Origin: Chara braunii
Taxonomy: Eukaryota > Plantae > Charophyceae
Length of the DNA: 64,000 nucleotides
Direction of reading: 5' to 3'
Assembly (NCBI GenBank): GCA_003427395.1
Contig: BFEA01000012.1
Location: 2,264,331 to 2,328,330, forward strand
Part shown: positions 25,069-38,451 of the stretch, one piece after another
Layout of the letters: each line of letters opens with the position of its first letter
Position numbering within the stretch: the stretch's first letter is position 1
Notes under the pieces: model-generated
The model's input: only the letters and a program-made list of their open reading frames with translations
Database searches by the model: none
What the model was told of the DNA's origin: nothing
Position numbers and translations under genes: made by a program

Positions 25069-27663
25069 CTCAGAAAGTTGTCCACGTCTACCTTCGTCTT
25101 TTGCGGCACAAAGTCTATGGTGGAAGCAACGCCTTGTCCAGAGTACCTCATGTCACCAGCAACGCATCATCACGACATCCACGCATGTGTTTCCATTGAG
25201 GCAGGTGACCCAACCATCTGCGCCCCGTTTTCGAAAATTTGTACGGGACCGACCGAACAACGACTTGAGGGTCGGCCGAGTAGTCCAGTGAGACAGGGTG
25301 CTAGTAGGACAAGTTCTGCTCTACCCAAGTCCACCGCAGATGCCGTGTCACCCACTTCAGGAGGCCAGGCCATACGGTGGTCCACATGAGCGTTCGTCAC
25401 CGTGGAAGGTCAAAAAAATATGTCGCAATACTTGGGAAAGACTCGCGGAGCCCGCTCGTGTGGGGTCCGAGTTTGCTTTTCTGCCCCGTCCGACCCGTCG
25501 TCTTCCTTTTAAAGACTTTTTTTTTCTCTTTTTGTGTATTAATGGATCAACGCTTTATATTTATGAAGATTGTATACTTTCAAAACTATTATATTATTTT
25601 TTTGCAAATCATTTAAATTATAATAAATGTTTAAAAATTATCTTAAGTTCGTCTTCAAACTTTCATTCATTTTGATACCCACATTCTGTAGATGAGCTTG
25701 TAAGCAAAAAAAAAGTGAATCTTCTTGGACAAAGTTTAAAAGGTTCTTTAATAGTTGGTTTTGAATAACTTAGGAGGATATGACAAAGAAACAATGAATA
25801 AAAGAGTGATTGGTTGAAGGAGGTTTATAGTCGTTAAAGATATAACGAGTAAGATTAATGTGTTGACTCCGTTAGCGTCTGAATTATGTTTGCATGTATT
25901 TCGTATACAAGGTGTAAAACAAATTCTCTGATAATGTTTACAATGTGCAAGATTTATAAAATTTTGTTTGTTAATTTCGCATTTATAAAATCGTCCATCA
26001 CCTGCATATGATCGTAAGCCTAAAACATATTATATGTTAAATATGATACCCACTAAAGCATGCAAAAACACGGCTATGAAATAAAAATTGACGTTTTAGT
26101 ATAACTGGCCGAACAAAAGAATCTTATGCTATATTCGAAAAACTTAGGTTGCTCTTAGAGCTACCTTGCTAACTTAGGTGTCTGATCTAACATAAAAATA
26201 ACGGTCCACTTCCCTTCTATATATATTTAGTATTAAACAATTATATCCACAGTCGGAATCAAAACCCTTACCGAACAACGTAAGATAACTTTCGAACAGG
26301 GAGCTCAAGGTTGTTATCTACCATTTCGACTTTGCTTAAATGATAGCCCACCACGGAGGTTTGACGACAATTTCGTGACTAATATACGTTTGCAGAAAAC
26401 TTTAAGCGATTCATAAATGTCTCATGTAGCCCTAAAACCTTATGCTTGTTCGTCACAAACGTATATATAAGTTAAAAAAGAATTGCATATGAAATATTTA
26501 ATGCCGACTAGATGAACGTACGACTTTGGTTTGATTGTTTAGTGGACACAATTAATATTTGTCTCATGTTGAGAAGTTAACTCCTTGAAATTTGTAGGAG
26601 ATTAAGTTGAGTATGAGATGAAATTAAATTTTGTTTCTTTGTTCAATTGTTTGCTTATCCTCTTACCGAGTATAAACTTTATACTATTGTATGACATCAG
26701 TGAAAAAAACATTGAACTGTGGGTATAGAGGTGAGGATCGATGTTCGTGACACTAGTTCTCTACTTAAGCAACTAGTATTGGCAGCGTTTTTGTCATGAT
26801 AACGATTTGCATCAATATTTTTCGACTAAGAATTGGGTTACAAATTCAATATTTTAAGGTTAGTCACCAACCTTTTCATTTGATTTTAGTAAGTCAGGTC
26901 TTAAAATATATTATATGTAAAGAATTGTATCCAAATACTGTAGTCAGGACTACACAGTTATACCCTCATCGTCCCTCGCACCAGTTTTATGAAATGACAT
27001 TTTGATTCAAAGCTTTACCCACCTAACCAAAACAATTTGGGCATATAAGTAGCAGTAGGAAGGCATAAAAAATATATATTTTTTATCATTAATATTTATT
27101 TGTCATACATTTTTATTTAATTTATTTAAAAAAAATTATCGAACTGATTAACACTCAGTCTTTGTTCTTTTATTTTTTTTTACAGAGTTTTTCACAGTCC
27201 TTAACCACTCGTTCACATAAACTTACATAATGCTCTTACCGGTACATGTCGTAAGAGCACTTGGCTTAAGGCTTGAGCCGGTTGCAAATGTGGCATGCCA
27301 CTGTGAAGAGGCTTAGTCGCAAGCTCGTAAGGATTGAAATATAGCTTCGTCAACTTATGTCTCGTGTGAACTGTTGGTTTTGATTGTCGATGTTATCATC
27401 GAATTGATCAACCATAATAATGCAAAGTTATTTTGTTCATTGGAACCCCTGACGATTTGAAATTTGGTCTTTTGTCGACAGTGCATGGATGTAGTATTTT
27501 ATCTTAATCTGATTAGAAAAAACTATAATCACAATAAGGTCATTTGGTCATATTTTATATGTGATTAAATTGGTTGGGCTCACAAGGATTAACATTTCAG
27601 TTATGCATGCAAGGGTAATTCAAGAGCTCATAATTTTGATCGCCACCGATTGCTCAGGCCACA

Positions 27664-28048
27664 CTAGGTGCCTACCAAATAAGGTTCGCTAGCTCCTCTT
27701 GGCGGTATCGGTAGGGTCTTGAGCCATCGCTGGTGTGCGTGTGTGAGGGGGTGGGCGATGTTGTTTATGGTGGGTGAGAGAGTGTTGGCCTTAGACACTG
27801 GTGTTACTGGATGGGGGAAGGGGAAGTAGATGAGAGGCGCAACTACTGGCAAAATGCTCGATATTTGCATTAGCTGGTCCACCTCAATGGCGGCCCCGCC
27901 CTACTCGCTGATCACTGCAGATTGGGGCGGGCGACAACATGTATCCTCTTGATTGTAAGAGGTAGCTATGCTTGCAGGGGTCCTGTATATAGATGTAGGA
28001 CTAGTGGTAGGTAGGTAGAAAAGACGTGAATTTGACAGAAGAATATAA
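27664..28048 (-). repeat. Dispersed repeat family R (other copies 38240-38340, 38851-39250 inverted, 59700-60135)
   Basis: Shared CTATGCTTG(C/T)AGGGGTCC...TATA...AGTGGTAGG(T/A)AGGTAG...AATTTGA.AGAAGAATATA block, with extended homology between 27760-27965 and 38935-39140. Confidence 0.7.
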
Positions 28049-28057
28049 CTTGGTTAA

Positions 28058-28409
28058 ACCACCAACACTTGGCCCCAGTTATCAGCCACCAAAAAAAATA
28101 GAGTAAGCCAAAGCTGGTGTACTCAACAATTAGTGAAAAGCTGATCCGAAGCACAGGTCCGTGCACACCCGAAGCCCCTCCTCAAGCCCCTTTCTGGGCG
28201 GTTGGCCGCTGTGAAAATTCGGGCAACCTTGATTCAGATCTGCCACCCTGCCAGACCACAGCCCGAGGGCTGCAAATAGCTGGGAAACTAGTGAAGAATT
28301 GCCCCCCGAAGTGGATAGTGCAAGTGCACTACAAAAATTGGGGGCTGTACCGTGTGAAGCCCTGCCCATGGAGGCAGCAAAGCTATTCCAGCTGGTCCAA
28401 ATGGCTGGT
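28058..28409. mobile_element. Degenerate TTAA-flanked MITE (family of 55203-55403)
   Basis: TTAA|ACCACCAACACTTGGCCCCAG ... CAGCTGGTCCAAATGGCTGGT|TTAC. Confidence 0.55.
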
Positions 28410-29760
28410 TTACTGACGATTGGCCTCACATTATTGACTAGTCTCCTCTCTGGAGGTGACTGACTATTGGCTTCATTTTACAAGCCAGGAAACGGGCCTG
28501 GCGTATTCGGCTTTCATGAACTGGCATATCACCATTTGCCGTACGTTCCACCGAAACCAAGGACGGGATCGTCAAGATTGGACGGCCCAAATCACACCAA
28601 CGAAACGAAACGGGGTTCTTTTTTTCTGGTTTTGATGAACAGCGGCTTCGTTTTCGTTTTCATTGATTGATGCTGTTAGATACGTCTATCATACGATGGT
28701 CCTGGGTCAAATCCGGTTGTTAAACTGCATGAATGTTTGGACTTCGGATTTGCGCCGTCCGATACATCTATGGTTATCATCCACCGATGCTAGACTTCTC
28801 CTTGGTGCCTGTCCTTGTACGACATTGAGCATGAGGTCACACCCAAGAAGTTCTGACTGGCGCAGAAAACGAGGTGTGCGGACTGGTGTTGTGCGTACCG
28901 CCGGAAGTGATCCGCCAGTTTCACGTTGGAATAAGCGAAACCTAAGCTGGTATAATAGGCGGAAAACTACGGGTAACCTCATTTCAAACGAAATCAACTT
29001 CTCGCCTATTGGGAGAAACTGGGCTGGTGGTCGCGTGATTGTCCATGCACCAATAATGTACTGCGAGGGGCAGAAATGGTGGTCCCATCTACTCCGTTGA
29101 TTGATTGAGGAAAGGACCTCGTCCTCCCCTCGGGGCCTTGGCCACTCGTATTCTGTCTGTTTCTGTTCTGTCTCGACGGTCCGTGCCTGAGGGCCTGCCC
29201 AGCTATTTGCCTCCTTTTGTCGTGTCGTAGCCCTGGCTCCGTAGGCCATCTGCCTGTTCACACAACAGACTAAACACCCCCCCTGATCTCGCTCTGTTCT
29301 TCACCGTGCCTCTGCACCTTCTGCAGGGCCAATCAAGCCGGGCGCGTTCGCGTACGTGTGGAACGCTCGTCGTGCTTCGAGGGGCTTGAACAGTCCCCTG
29401 CTTTCCCCGACGCCTATCGCACTTTGCCAGGCCCGTCGCTTCCGGTTTCCACCCTGAAGCCGGGTATGCGCAATCACTCACTCTCGCTCATTCGAGCCTG
29501 CTCTCTAGGTCGAGCACCCCTCTTCCTTTTCTATTCCTCCGTCCCCCTCGCATTTGTCGTTCAGATCTCGTGCTCCTCTCTCTGTCTCCCTCTCTTAGTG
29601 GGAGCCCCCGACTCGTCCTGAGGGAGAGGTTGATTGCACACGTTGTGGGAAGCGAAAGCGGAGGAGGAGAAAGGGGGGCGAAGACTGAGGGAGAGGAGAC
29701 ACAAGGCCAAAGCCAGGGAAGGTGGTAGCTTGTGCCCAGCAGCGGCGGATTTCGGCGACA

Positions 29761-31632
29761 ATGCCGGCTGTTTCGGCCCACGATCTGTCTTCGTTCGACA
29801 ACTCGGAGAAGGAGAGCGACTATGGATACATCCGGAAGGTCTCTGGGCCCGTCGTCGTGGCCGACAACATGGGCGGCGCGGCCATGTACGAGCTTGTCCG
29901 TGTCGGCTCCGATCGATTGATTGGCGAAATCATTCGTCTGGAGGGGGACTCGGCGACGATCCAGGTGTACGAGGAGACGGCGGGTTTGACCGTCCGCGAC
30001 CCGGTCTTGCGAACTCGCAAGCCGTTGTCTGTGGAACTAGGTCCGGGAATTCTTGGCAACATTTTTGATGGAATTCAGCGCCCTCTGAAAGCCATCGCCA
30101 AGCAGTCGGGGACGGTGTATATTCCTCGCGGAGTGGATGTGCCAGCTCTGGACAAGACTCACGCTTGGGAGTTTCGCCCGGTGAATTGCGCCATGGGAGA
30201 CTCGGTCACCGGCGGCGACATCTATGGATCCGTGTACGAAAACAGTCTGCTCGAGCATAGGATCATGCTTCCTCCCGGGGCGATGGGCAAAGTGACGTAT
30301 ATCGCCGACCCTGGGCAGTACACGCTGCAGGAGCCTGTCATCGAGCTGGAGTTCCAGGGCGTAAAGAAGGAGTACACGATGCTTCAGATGTGGCCCGTGC
30401 GAACGCCACGTCCTTCCGCTCAGAAGCTGATCGCTGACACGCCTTTGCTCACGGGACAACGAATTCTCGATGCTCTCTTCCCGTCCGTTCTGGGTGGCAC
30501 CTGCTCCATTCCAGGTGCGTTCGGTTGTGGGAAGACTGTTATTAGCCAGGCGTTGTCCAAATACTCGAACAGCGATGGCGTCATGTACGTGGGATGCGGA
30601 GAGAGAGGGAACGAGATGGCTGAAGTGCTGATGGATTTCCCCAAGCTGACGATGACACTTCCGGACGGCCGCGAGGAGTCCGTTATGAAGCGAACCACCC
30701 TCGTTGCCAATACCTCCAACATGCCAGTGGCTGCTCGTGAGGCTTCCATCTACACGGGTATCACTCTCGCCGAGTACTTCCGCGACATGGGCTACAACAT
30801 CAGTATGATGGCGGATTCCACGTCTCGTTGGGCCGAAGCCCTTCGAGAAATTTCCGGTCGCTTGGCAGAAATGCCCGCAGATAGTGGTTATCCGGCGTAC
30901 CTCGCGGCCAGGCTTGCGTCTTTCTACGAGCGCGCGGGCAAGGTGAAGTGTCTGGGCAGTCCCTCGCGTACGGGCAGTGTCACCATTGTCGGTGCCGTCT
31001 CCCCTCCCGGTGGAGATTTCTCAGACCCAGTCACTGCCGCCACCCTCAGCATCGTGCAAGTCTTCTGGGGTCTGGACAAGAAGCTCGCCCAGCGCAAGCA
31101 TTTTCCCTCCGTCAACTGGCTCATCTCCTACTCCAAGTACTCCAAGGCCCTGGAGCCATTTTACGAGAACTTCGACGCCGACTTCATCGCCATTCGTACG
31201 AAGGCTCGCGAGGTGCTTCAGCGCGAGGACGACCTGATGGAAATCGTTCAGCTGGTCGGTAAGGACGCGCTGGCGGAGACGGACAAGATCACGCTCGAGA
31301 CGGCGAAACTCCTCCGCGAAGACTTCCTCGCGCAGAACGCTTTCACTCCGTACGACAAGTTCTGCCCCTTCTATAAGTCGGTGTGGATGCTGCGCAACAT
31401 TTGCCAGTTCCATACTCTGGCGATTCAAGCGGTAGAGCGCGCGGCGGGCTCCGACGGGCAGAAGGTTTCCTACAACATCATCAGGCAGCGCCTCAACGAT
31501 ATCATCTATCGTTTGGTCACGCAGAAATTCGAAGACCCTGCGGAGGGCGAGGCGGTGCTGGTAGAGAAGTACAAGAAGTTGTTCGACGACATGACCACCA
31601 GCTTCCGGAACCTCGAGGACGAATTCCGATGA
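29761..31632 (+). CDS. VHA-A: Vacuolar H+-ATPase catalytic subunit A, 623 aa, intronless CDS
   Basis: Uninterrupted ORF from the ATG at 29761 (MPAV...); [13 protein letters not shown], Walker [40 protein letters not shown], plant-type C-terminus FRNLEDE. Confidence 0.99.
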   Translation: MPAVSAHDLSSFDNSEKESDYGYIRKVSGPVVVADNMGGAAMYELVRVGSDRLIGEIIRLEGDSATIQVYEETAGLTVRDPVLRTRKPLSVELGPGILGNIFDGIQRPLKAIAKQSGTVYIPRGVDVPALDKTHAWEFRPVNCAMGDSVTGGDIYGSVYENSLLEHRIMLPPGAMGKVTYIADPGQYTLQEPVIELEFQGVKKEYTMLQMWPVRTPRPSAQKLIADTPLLTGQRILDALFPSVLGGTCSIPGAFGCGKTVISQALSKYSNSDGVMYVGCGERGNEMAEVLMDFPKLTMTLPDGREESVMKRTTLVANTSNMPVAAREASIYTGITLAEYFRDMGYNISMMADSTSRWAEALREISGRLAEMPADSGYPAYLAARLASFYERAGKVKCLGSPSRTGSVTIVGAVSPPGGDFSDPVTAATLSIVQVFWGLDKKLAQRKHFPSVNWLISYSKYSKALEPFYENFDADFIAIRTKAREVLQREDDLMEIVQLVGKDALAETDKITLETAKLLREDFLAQNAFTPYDKFCPFYKSVWMLRNICQFHTLAIQAVERAAGSDGQKVSYNIIRQRLNDIIYRLVTQKFEDPAEGEAVLVEKYKKLFDDMTTSFRNLEDEFR

Positions 31633-33003
31633 AGAACGCTCATGCTCATGCTCATGCTCAGGTCTGCCTCCTCCTCACTCTGCATCTCGTTCGCCGTTAT
31701 TACCCTCTCTCTCTCCTCTTGTTACTTCTCTTTGCCGCGTTCGTGGTGATGTTATGCTCGTGTATTCTCTCTCTCTCTCTCTGGTTGTCGTGTCTCTGGC
31801 TCCTTGCGAGACGGATTCTCCGCAGTTTGCAAGAAGCGATCGAACAGCACGAGAGAGGAAGAGAGCAGGAGAGGGAGGAGGAGGGGGGAGAGGAAGGTAT
31901 GTTGTCCGCTTACTGTATGATGATGTGCTCGAGTCGAGGCACCGATGCTGAAGAAGAGGGACCGGAGGGGAAGGGAAGGGAAGGCCCATGGTGGTGGTAC
32001 GGAGACCGTGGGCCTCGACGAAGTATTAGATGGGTAGTCGGGCTCTTTTGGGGTTGGGATGTTTTGGATGTTGTGCTTCTCTCGGTAGCAAGCAGCTACG
32101 TGGAGGCCGGTGAGGGGAGAAGGGAGGAGTGCGAGGGGCTGTGGTTCACTCGTAAGAAGGGAGGAGTGCAAGGGACTGGGGTGGGGTTCACTCGTTTTTT
32201 AATGGCGGTGGGGAACGAGAAGTAAAAAGCCGATGCCGATGATGTTGGCCTTGCCGGCGGCGAAATGGCAGTGTGACGACGACGGTTGAAAATTTGGTTG
32301 ATTGACATTTCCTTCTTGAGCTGGTGGGCGGTGTTGTTCCTGCCTTAGTTTGTACCTTGGTTCGTTCTTTTGACCGAGTGGTTTATGAGTGAGTGGAAGG
32401 GTTGGCTACCTTGGTTTGGTCTTTTGAGCGAGTGGTTTATGAGTGAGTGGAAGAGTTGGCCATCTGGAATGTCGATGCTCCGTGTGTTGTTCCTGCAGGA
32501 AATTGGTTTCCCGGTTCGTTGTCGATGTTTGCCAGGGATTAGGAGGGAAGGAATGCGCGCCAGTTTAGGGTAGTAAATCGTGCTGCTGGATCGAGGTGAT
32601 GATGTTGTAGTGGTAGTGGTAGTAGTAGTAGTAGTAGTAGTAGAGATGCCGAACGAAGCAGCGGGGATGGCAATGGAATTAGAGGGAAGGATTTTGAGAG
32701 TTGAGTTGTTTCACGTGCGTGTTCTCCCTTGGCTTAACCTAAAATGGTTATGGAGGTGATGACGCGGGTTGAACCGCGGGTCTGCTGATAGCAGTCCCGC
32801 GTGTTCTTTTCTGCCAACGCTCATTTGTTCCTGTTCAGGGCGCCCAGGGAACAACCCTAGAGTGTTTTCTCCTTAGAGTTTGTGTTCTTTCTCGCCAATT
32901 TTTTATTGTTAAAATGTAATAAAGAATGAGTGGTGGTTATACGTACTACTATACAACCAATCTCCTCTATCTGATTCCAGGAATGGAACGAACGAACAAT
33001 GAC

Positions 33004-33078
33004 CGTCATTGATGACGACACGTGGCGGCCATCAATGATGACGACACGTGGTGGCCATCAATGATGACGACACGTGGC
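33004..33078 (+). repeat. 26-bp tandem repeat x3
   Basis: CATCAATGATGACGACACGTGGCGGC units. Confidence 0.85.
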
Positions 33079-35356
33079 TGAATGATTAAGATTGAGCGAT
33101 TGTTCGATTGTGAATGTCGACGGTTGATGAATTGCTTTGGAAAATGTCTTTGACATGGTGGTGATGACGATAACGGTTATGATGATGACGATGATGATGA
33201 CGATGATGAGATGATGATGGTATTGGAACATCTCGGAAATGTCTTTGACATGACAATGATGAAGATGACGGTTACGATGATGATGATGATGATGATGATG
33301 ATGATATTGGGACAACATCTAGGACATATTTGTTAATGACTCCGAACAGTCAACAGGAAGGCGCGTCGTCGACGGTCCTCTCAATCACGATTGCGGTCTG
33401 TAATGACAATGCACGGTGTCTTTGAAGGTGTGTAGTAATGTATTTGAGTGTCCAGTAATGATGGCGCTAAACATGGTGCTGTACCGTGTATAAGTGATGG
33501 TTAATTATGGACGATGGTGCTTGAGTTGTTTTAAAATTTGACAAAATGCAATGGCAGCACAAGGACAGATGCAGTAAGTGAAGATTTCGGTGAATGGTTT
33601 CAGTTCTCATTGGTCGAAATTTAGGATGTGCAGACAGCCGGCGAAAGCTAGGTACCTTGGCTTTGGAACTCTGCTGTTGCTTGTAACGAGGTGCTAGAAA
33701 ATTGGTGACGAAGTTTTTTATCACATCCGTTTTTCGACCGCCAATGAAAAAGAAGGGATGATTAACGTATCATGGATGAGGGTAGAACGGTCCTGTGTAA
33801 TTTGAACGGCTATTTATGCATCTCTGCGAACCGTGCTATGTTTTGGAATAGCGTATCAACGACGAGGGAAGAACGGTCCTGATTAATTTGAATGGGTACA
33901 TATGCATCTTGACAAACTGTGCTGTTTTTAGGAATGGATATATATGCATATATAAGATGTACATGTATATACATATGAGAGAAAAAAAGAAAAAAAGAAA
34001 AAAGATACGTTGATCTGTGGGATGTGTTATTTGCTTTGTGATAATTGGATTATCTTTCTTTCCCTATCTTTCTTTCCCTGTCAGGTTTGGTCTCCTCCTC
34101 CCCTTCTTTACCTCTTTGCCTTTTGGCTGCGTGCAAGTGGGTCCTTGTGACACACGGGGATGGGGGCAGCCAGCGCTCAACCTGTCATCCACGTGGCTGG
34201 CCTTGTACGTGAGAGGTTATGAACAGGTGGAGCTTTCCTTACCTCTTCCCCCTCCCCCTTTTTTCCTTTTCCTTTTTTCTTTCCCCTTTTTTCCGCTCTG
34301 ATTCACAATGTGACAATATATTGTTGTGTGTGTATCGTAACATGTATGCTGTTATGAATTCGATGGCATTGATAACCATAGCGGTGATGGTTGATGATGA
34401 AGATGACGAAGATGATGATTTGTGGTAGTGGTGAAGACAACAAGGGAGGCGATGCCGGGGCGGCTCGACAGTGATGAGTGTGGCACGAGTGTGGGAAGGA
34501 AAGTGCTGTGGCGGGTGGGGTAGAGACGATAAGAACAATGGGAGTGCTGGTAATCATGACGAAGAGGGTTGTTTTGGGTGGTAATTATTATGGGGATGAT
34601 ATTTGTGAATGCTTGTGCTGGTGTTATTAGCATGGGACTGCCGGTGAATGACGACGACGATGATGATGATGATGATGCGAGTGGTAGTCGTGTATTTATT
34701 GTTCTTGTGGTTTAATAATGTGAATTAGTGGGGGGAGGGGGGTGAGTTGTGGCTGTTAGGGTGAATCATGGTGATTATTCCGGGGTAGGAGTGGTAATCG
34801 TGTATTTACTGTTCTTGTGGTTTAATGTTAATTATTTGGGGGTGGGGGGTGGCTGTCAGGGTGAATCATGGTGATTAGTCCGGGGTAGGATGGGGAGGGT
34901 TGCGCGGGGATGGGTGGGTGATGGGTAATGGTGATGCATGCTTGTGATGGTGTTATTAGCATGGGACTGCCGGTGGATGAATGACGTCGACGACGACGAG
35001 GATGATGATGATGCGAGTGGTGATTAGTTCGGGGGAGGGTGGGGAGGGTTGGGTAATGGTGATGATGGTCGTACTGGAGTGGGAGTAGGTCTTACAGGGG
35101 TTATTGTGGTGATGATTGTCATGAGGCGAGTGGCTTAATGCAATTAGTATGTATGATATAATGTCTTTGACGAACGTGCGGATGGAGGATGATAGTTTTG
35201 TTGATAACGATAATGTTGTTGGTTCGTTAGGGGGCCAGAAAGAAATGTTCTTAGAGCTCTCCGCTTCTCAAAAATTTGAAGAGTTTGTATGTCTAGACTT
35301 GAAGTGCGAACGCGAGTGCATTGATTGGTGCTTACGGTGACGATGAATGTGATGAT

Positions 35357-35878
35357 GATTGGATTGTGATAGTATGGTGATGTTGTTGAAGTGGCTGGCG
35401 GACTTGGACATGCTTTGTAAGGATCTATCTGTATTTCGATGATTGGATTGTGATAGGATGGTGATGTTGTTGAAGTGGTGGGCGGACTTCGACATGCTTC
35501 GTTTCCCTGTAGAGCTGTTTGTATTTCGGTGGATGGTGTGCTCATTGGTTCGATTGCTTAACGGAACAGCCTGTTTGATTGTGAAGATGTTTTAGTAGGC
35601 AAATTAACCCCTAGAGAACCGGGTAGTATGGTGATGTTGTTGAAGTGGTGGGCGGACTTCGACATGCTTTGTTTCCCTGAAGAGCTGTCTGTATTTTGGT
35701 GGATGGTGTGCGCATTGTTTCGATTGCTTAACGGAACAGCCTGTTTGATTGTGATAGTATGGTGATGTTGTTGAAGTGGTAGGCGGACTTCGACATGCTT
35801 TGTTTCCCTGAAGAGCTGTCTGTATTTTGATGGATGGTGTGCGCATTGTTTCGATTGCTTAACGGAACAGCCTGTTTC
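35357..35878 (+). repeat. Imperfect tandem array, ~131-bp unit, ~4 copies
   Basis: ATGGTGATGTTGTTGAAGTGG...GCGGACTTCGACATGCTT recurs at ~35374, 35459, 35628 and 35759. Confidence 0.9.
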
Positions 35879-36634
35879 ATGTTGTCTGTTTTGCGACTAG
35901 AAGAGCGCATTTCATCGAATCCTTTTGCGAAGGCGAATACTGGGAAAAGGCAACGCTCGGCAGAGTTTAGAATTTCTATGACGGTGGTGATCTCTCCTCT
36001 TTTTTTTTTTCTCCTTCTTTTCTTTAACGTTTCTCTCGACCGTTTTCGATGCGCTTCCCTGCTTTCTGAAGCCCTTCCAAAACGGAAGAATTTGCTGGTT
36101 GTCATTCAAAATTTGCGCTCTGTGAGCCTCTGCGGACGTGCTATGCGTCTGTTTCTTTGTCGTCCGCCATTTTTCTTTCCCTCTCTCTCCCTCTCTCTCC
36201 CTCTCTCTCTCTCCCTCTTTCTCTCTCTCTCTCTCTCACTTTTTCGGCTACTCCCTCCCCTCCAGTCTCTCTAGTTCATGTCAGAGACAGTTTTGGCAGC
36301 TGGTTGAAAAGGCAGCGCACGGCAGAGTTGTTTGGAGTCTCTGAGGCGGTAATCTCGTTTCTCTCTCTTTTTGGCGTTCTTTCCAACGTATTCTTGGTGC
36401 CCCTGTTATCATCAATACTTTGCATCAATAATTTACGCTCTGCGAGTCTGTAAGGACGTGCTATGCGTCTGTTTGCCGACCGTTCTCTCTCTCTCTCTCT
36501 CTCCCCCTCTCTCTCTCTTTCTTTCCCTTTAATCCCTCCCCTCACCTCCCTCTCATTCATGTCAATGAGACTGTTTTTTGGGGCAGCTGCTTGCCTAATT
36601 ATTTTTATCTGTTACGCTCGCCCTCGTATTTCGA

Positions 36635-36693
<59 letters not shown>

Positions 36694-38018
36694 TTTGTTG
36701 CAGGCGCGGCGGGTGTTTGCTGCAGGCGCGGCGGGTGTTTGCTGCAGGCGCCCCGGCAGTTCTGCCCGTGTACGCTCGTTTTTCGGAGGGAGGGAAACAG
36801 TTGAAAAACTTGTGTAAGGAACCACCATTCCCAACACTGCGCGGCTGCTTCGTTGAAGACACGACCTCGGTGAATTGCAACCAGATCCATTTGCCGGAGA
36901 GATCGTTTGATCGAAGTGCATTCTTAAGAGTGAATGCTCACTAGGAACTGTTTTGATTGAATCTGACAATCTGACAATATTTGCGGCCAGATTCATCCTC
37001 GAAAATTCTACGGTGAGTATGCCCTAAACTCATTTGTCCGAGAGATCGTCAGGACCGAGCTCCCCTGACTCCGCAGTTTTTTTTTTTGTTTTTTTTTTGT
37101 GTGTGATTGTTTGCTCGATGAACTCGTGTGCGAGAAAGGGTGAAGTCGAAATTTCTGAAATCAAAAGAAAAACAACGAACTTGATGCCTGTCTCTCGATT
37201 GTGTGTGTGTGTGTGATTGTTTGCTCGATAAACTCGATATAGGTGTTGAAAAGTTATGATGAAGGCCGAAGTCTTCCATGGTTGGTGGAATGTGCGATCG
37301 TTTCCTCTTATTAATGCTCGTCCGAGCGCAAGTTAGTTTTCTGTTCTGGTGTTGGTAGGTTATCCAACTTATCTTATCATTTTATATTTTGCGCCCATTT
37401 TATTTTTTGCCCCCATTTATTTTGCCCCCGACTCGTCTTACATGTAGTTGTTTGCCCCCGCCGTAAGCCGTCTTGCACGTCGTCTATGGGGAAAAGATGA
37501 AGCACTCACTGCGCGCCATAGCTTGCGGCTGTTGTTGGAGCAGCCAAGCAGAGGAGTGGGAGATCAAGAGATTGGGGCGACGGACTTGGGATTCATCATC
37601 GCTGGTTAATTGATGGACGATGGATGATGACTGATTGGTTGGTCGTCAGTTGAACGATTGGTAGGTATTCATTGACGATAAATTGATAGGATGACGTACG
37701 GCTCATGATGATGATTAACGGCTATTTTGATTGAATGATCTGGATTCGGAGTTGATTCCGACAGGGAGGTACGTCGTAGACGAAGAGGATAGGGAAGAGA
37801 AGAAAATCATAGCCGTATAGAAAAGGATGATAATTTGTGATTGGTGCTGACGATTGCTTGTAGAAAAGGACGATAATTTGTGATTTTGCTTGAAAAGTCT
37901 AGAAGCCGTAGGTGAGGAGTAGGAGGACTCGATAGCGCAAGAAATGCCGAGCGAGCTTCATGATGCACTTCTTACGTGCACGTGATATGCTCACGTACGG
38001 AAGATCGAAGGAAAACTA

Positions 38019-38129
38019 CCTTCTTCCCGCGCACACAACGTACGGTCATTATAGCTGTATTTGAGGCATCTTTCAGTCTAGATTACAGCTCAGCTATAAT
38101 GACCGTACGTTGTATTAGGGGGAAGAAGG
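38019..38129. mobile_element. 111-bp hairpin MITE, TA target site (mariner/pogo-like)
   Basis: TA|CCTTCTTCCC...ACAACGTACGGTCATTATAGCTG ... CAGCTATAATGACCGTACGTTGT...GGGAAGAAGG|TA. Confidence 0.8.
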
Positions 38130-38406
38130 TAGGCTGACGTCAACGTGATTCGTAATAATGAGCCCTTGTTTTTCCTGTTTCTTCGTTTTCCAAATGAACG
38201 CCTGGGTTTATCTACGCCCATGTTCTCTCGTGAACACGGTTCTGGCTGCTACGGGGTTCTTCCCCGTATACCTACAATTATGAGTAGTGGGAGGTAGGTA
38301 GGTAGTGTGAGGCGAAATTGAGAGACGAATATAGAAGAAGAAAGAAGACGAGCATCTTGCAAAAAACTTCCCAGCGTGTAATCATGCTCGAAAAACGCGC
38401 ATGTGT

Positions 38407-38451
38407 TCCTCTACGTTTCAAACCGGGTGCGCTTAGGTCTCATCAGGAGGA
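38407..38451 (-). ncRNA. Minimal type I hammerhead ribozyme motif
   Basis: Minus strand reads TCCTC-CTGATGA-GACC-taagcgcaccc-GGTT-T-GAAAC-GTA-GAGGA: perfect 5-bp stem I, both core boxes, palindromic ACGT stem III, GUA cleavage triplet, and one extra U at the base of stem II. Confidence 0.7.

Larger units (their letters stand above)
19002..25510. mobile_element. Decayed PIF/Harbinger transposon (boundaries approximate)
   Basis: Convergent Myb/SANT-like ORF (+) and HARBI1-type DDE transposase (-). TAA|GCCCTGGTTCCCCTAGAC at ~19002 resembles a Harbinger TIR but no partner TIR was found. Confidence 0.75.

Noticed and set aside
27300-27335. Hammerhead-like GTGAAGA-GGCTT..AAGCT-CGTAA
   Set aside because: Both core boxes are mutated and there is no stem I. 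The similar motif at ~55958-55980 also lacks the core C and stem II.
29722-29760. 13-codon N-terminal extension of VHA-A from a GTG start
   Set aside because: Eukaryotic gene; the ATG at 29761 gives the canonical 623-aa protein.
30586-30620. VMA1 intein insertion site in V-ATPase A
   Set aside because: [11 protein letters not shown] is contiguous; no intein present.
31383-32225. 280-aa ORF overlapping the VHA-A end
   Set aside because: Alternate frame running into a low-complexity 3' UTR; no motif.
35357-35878. CRISPR-like array (also considered 33004-33078 and 40570-40925)
   Set aside because: Units are wholly repeated without unique regular spacers; no cas genes; eukaryotic context.
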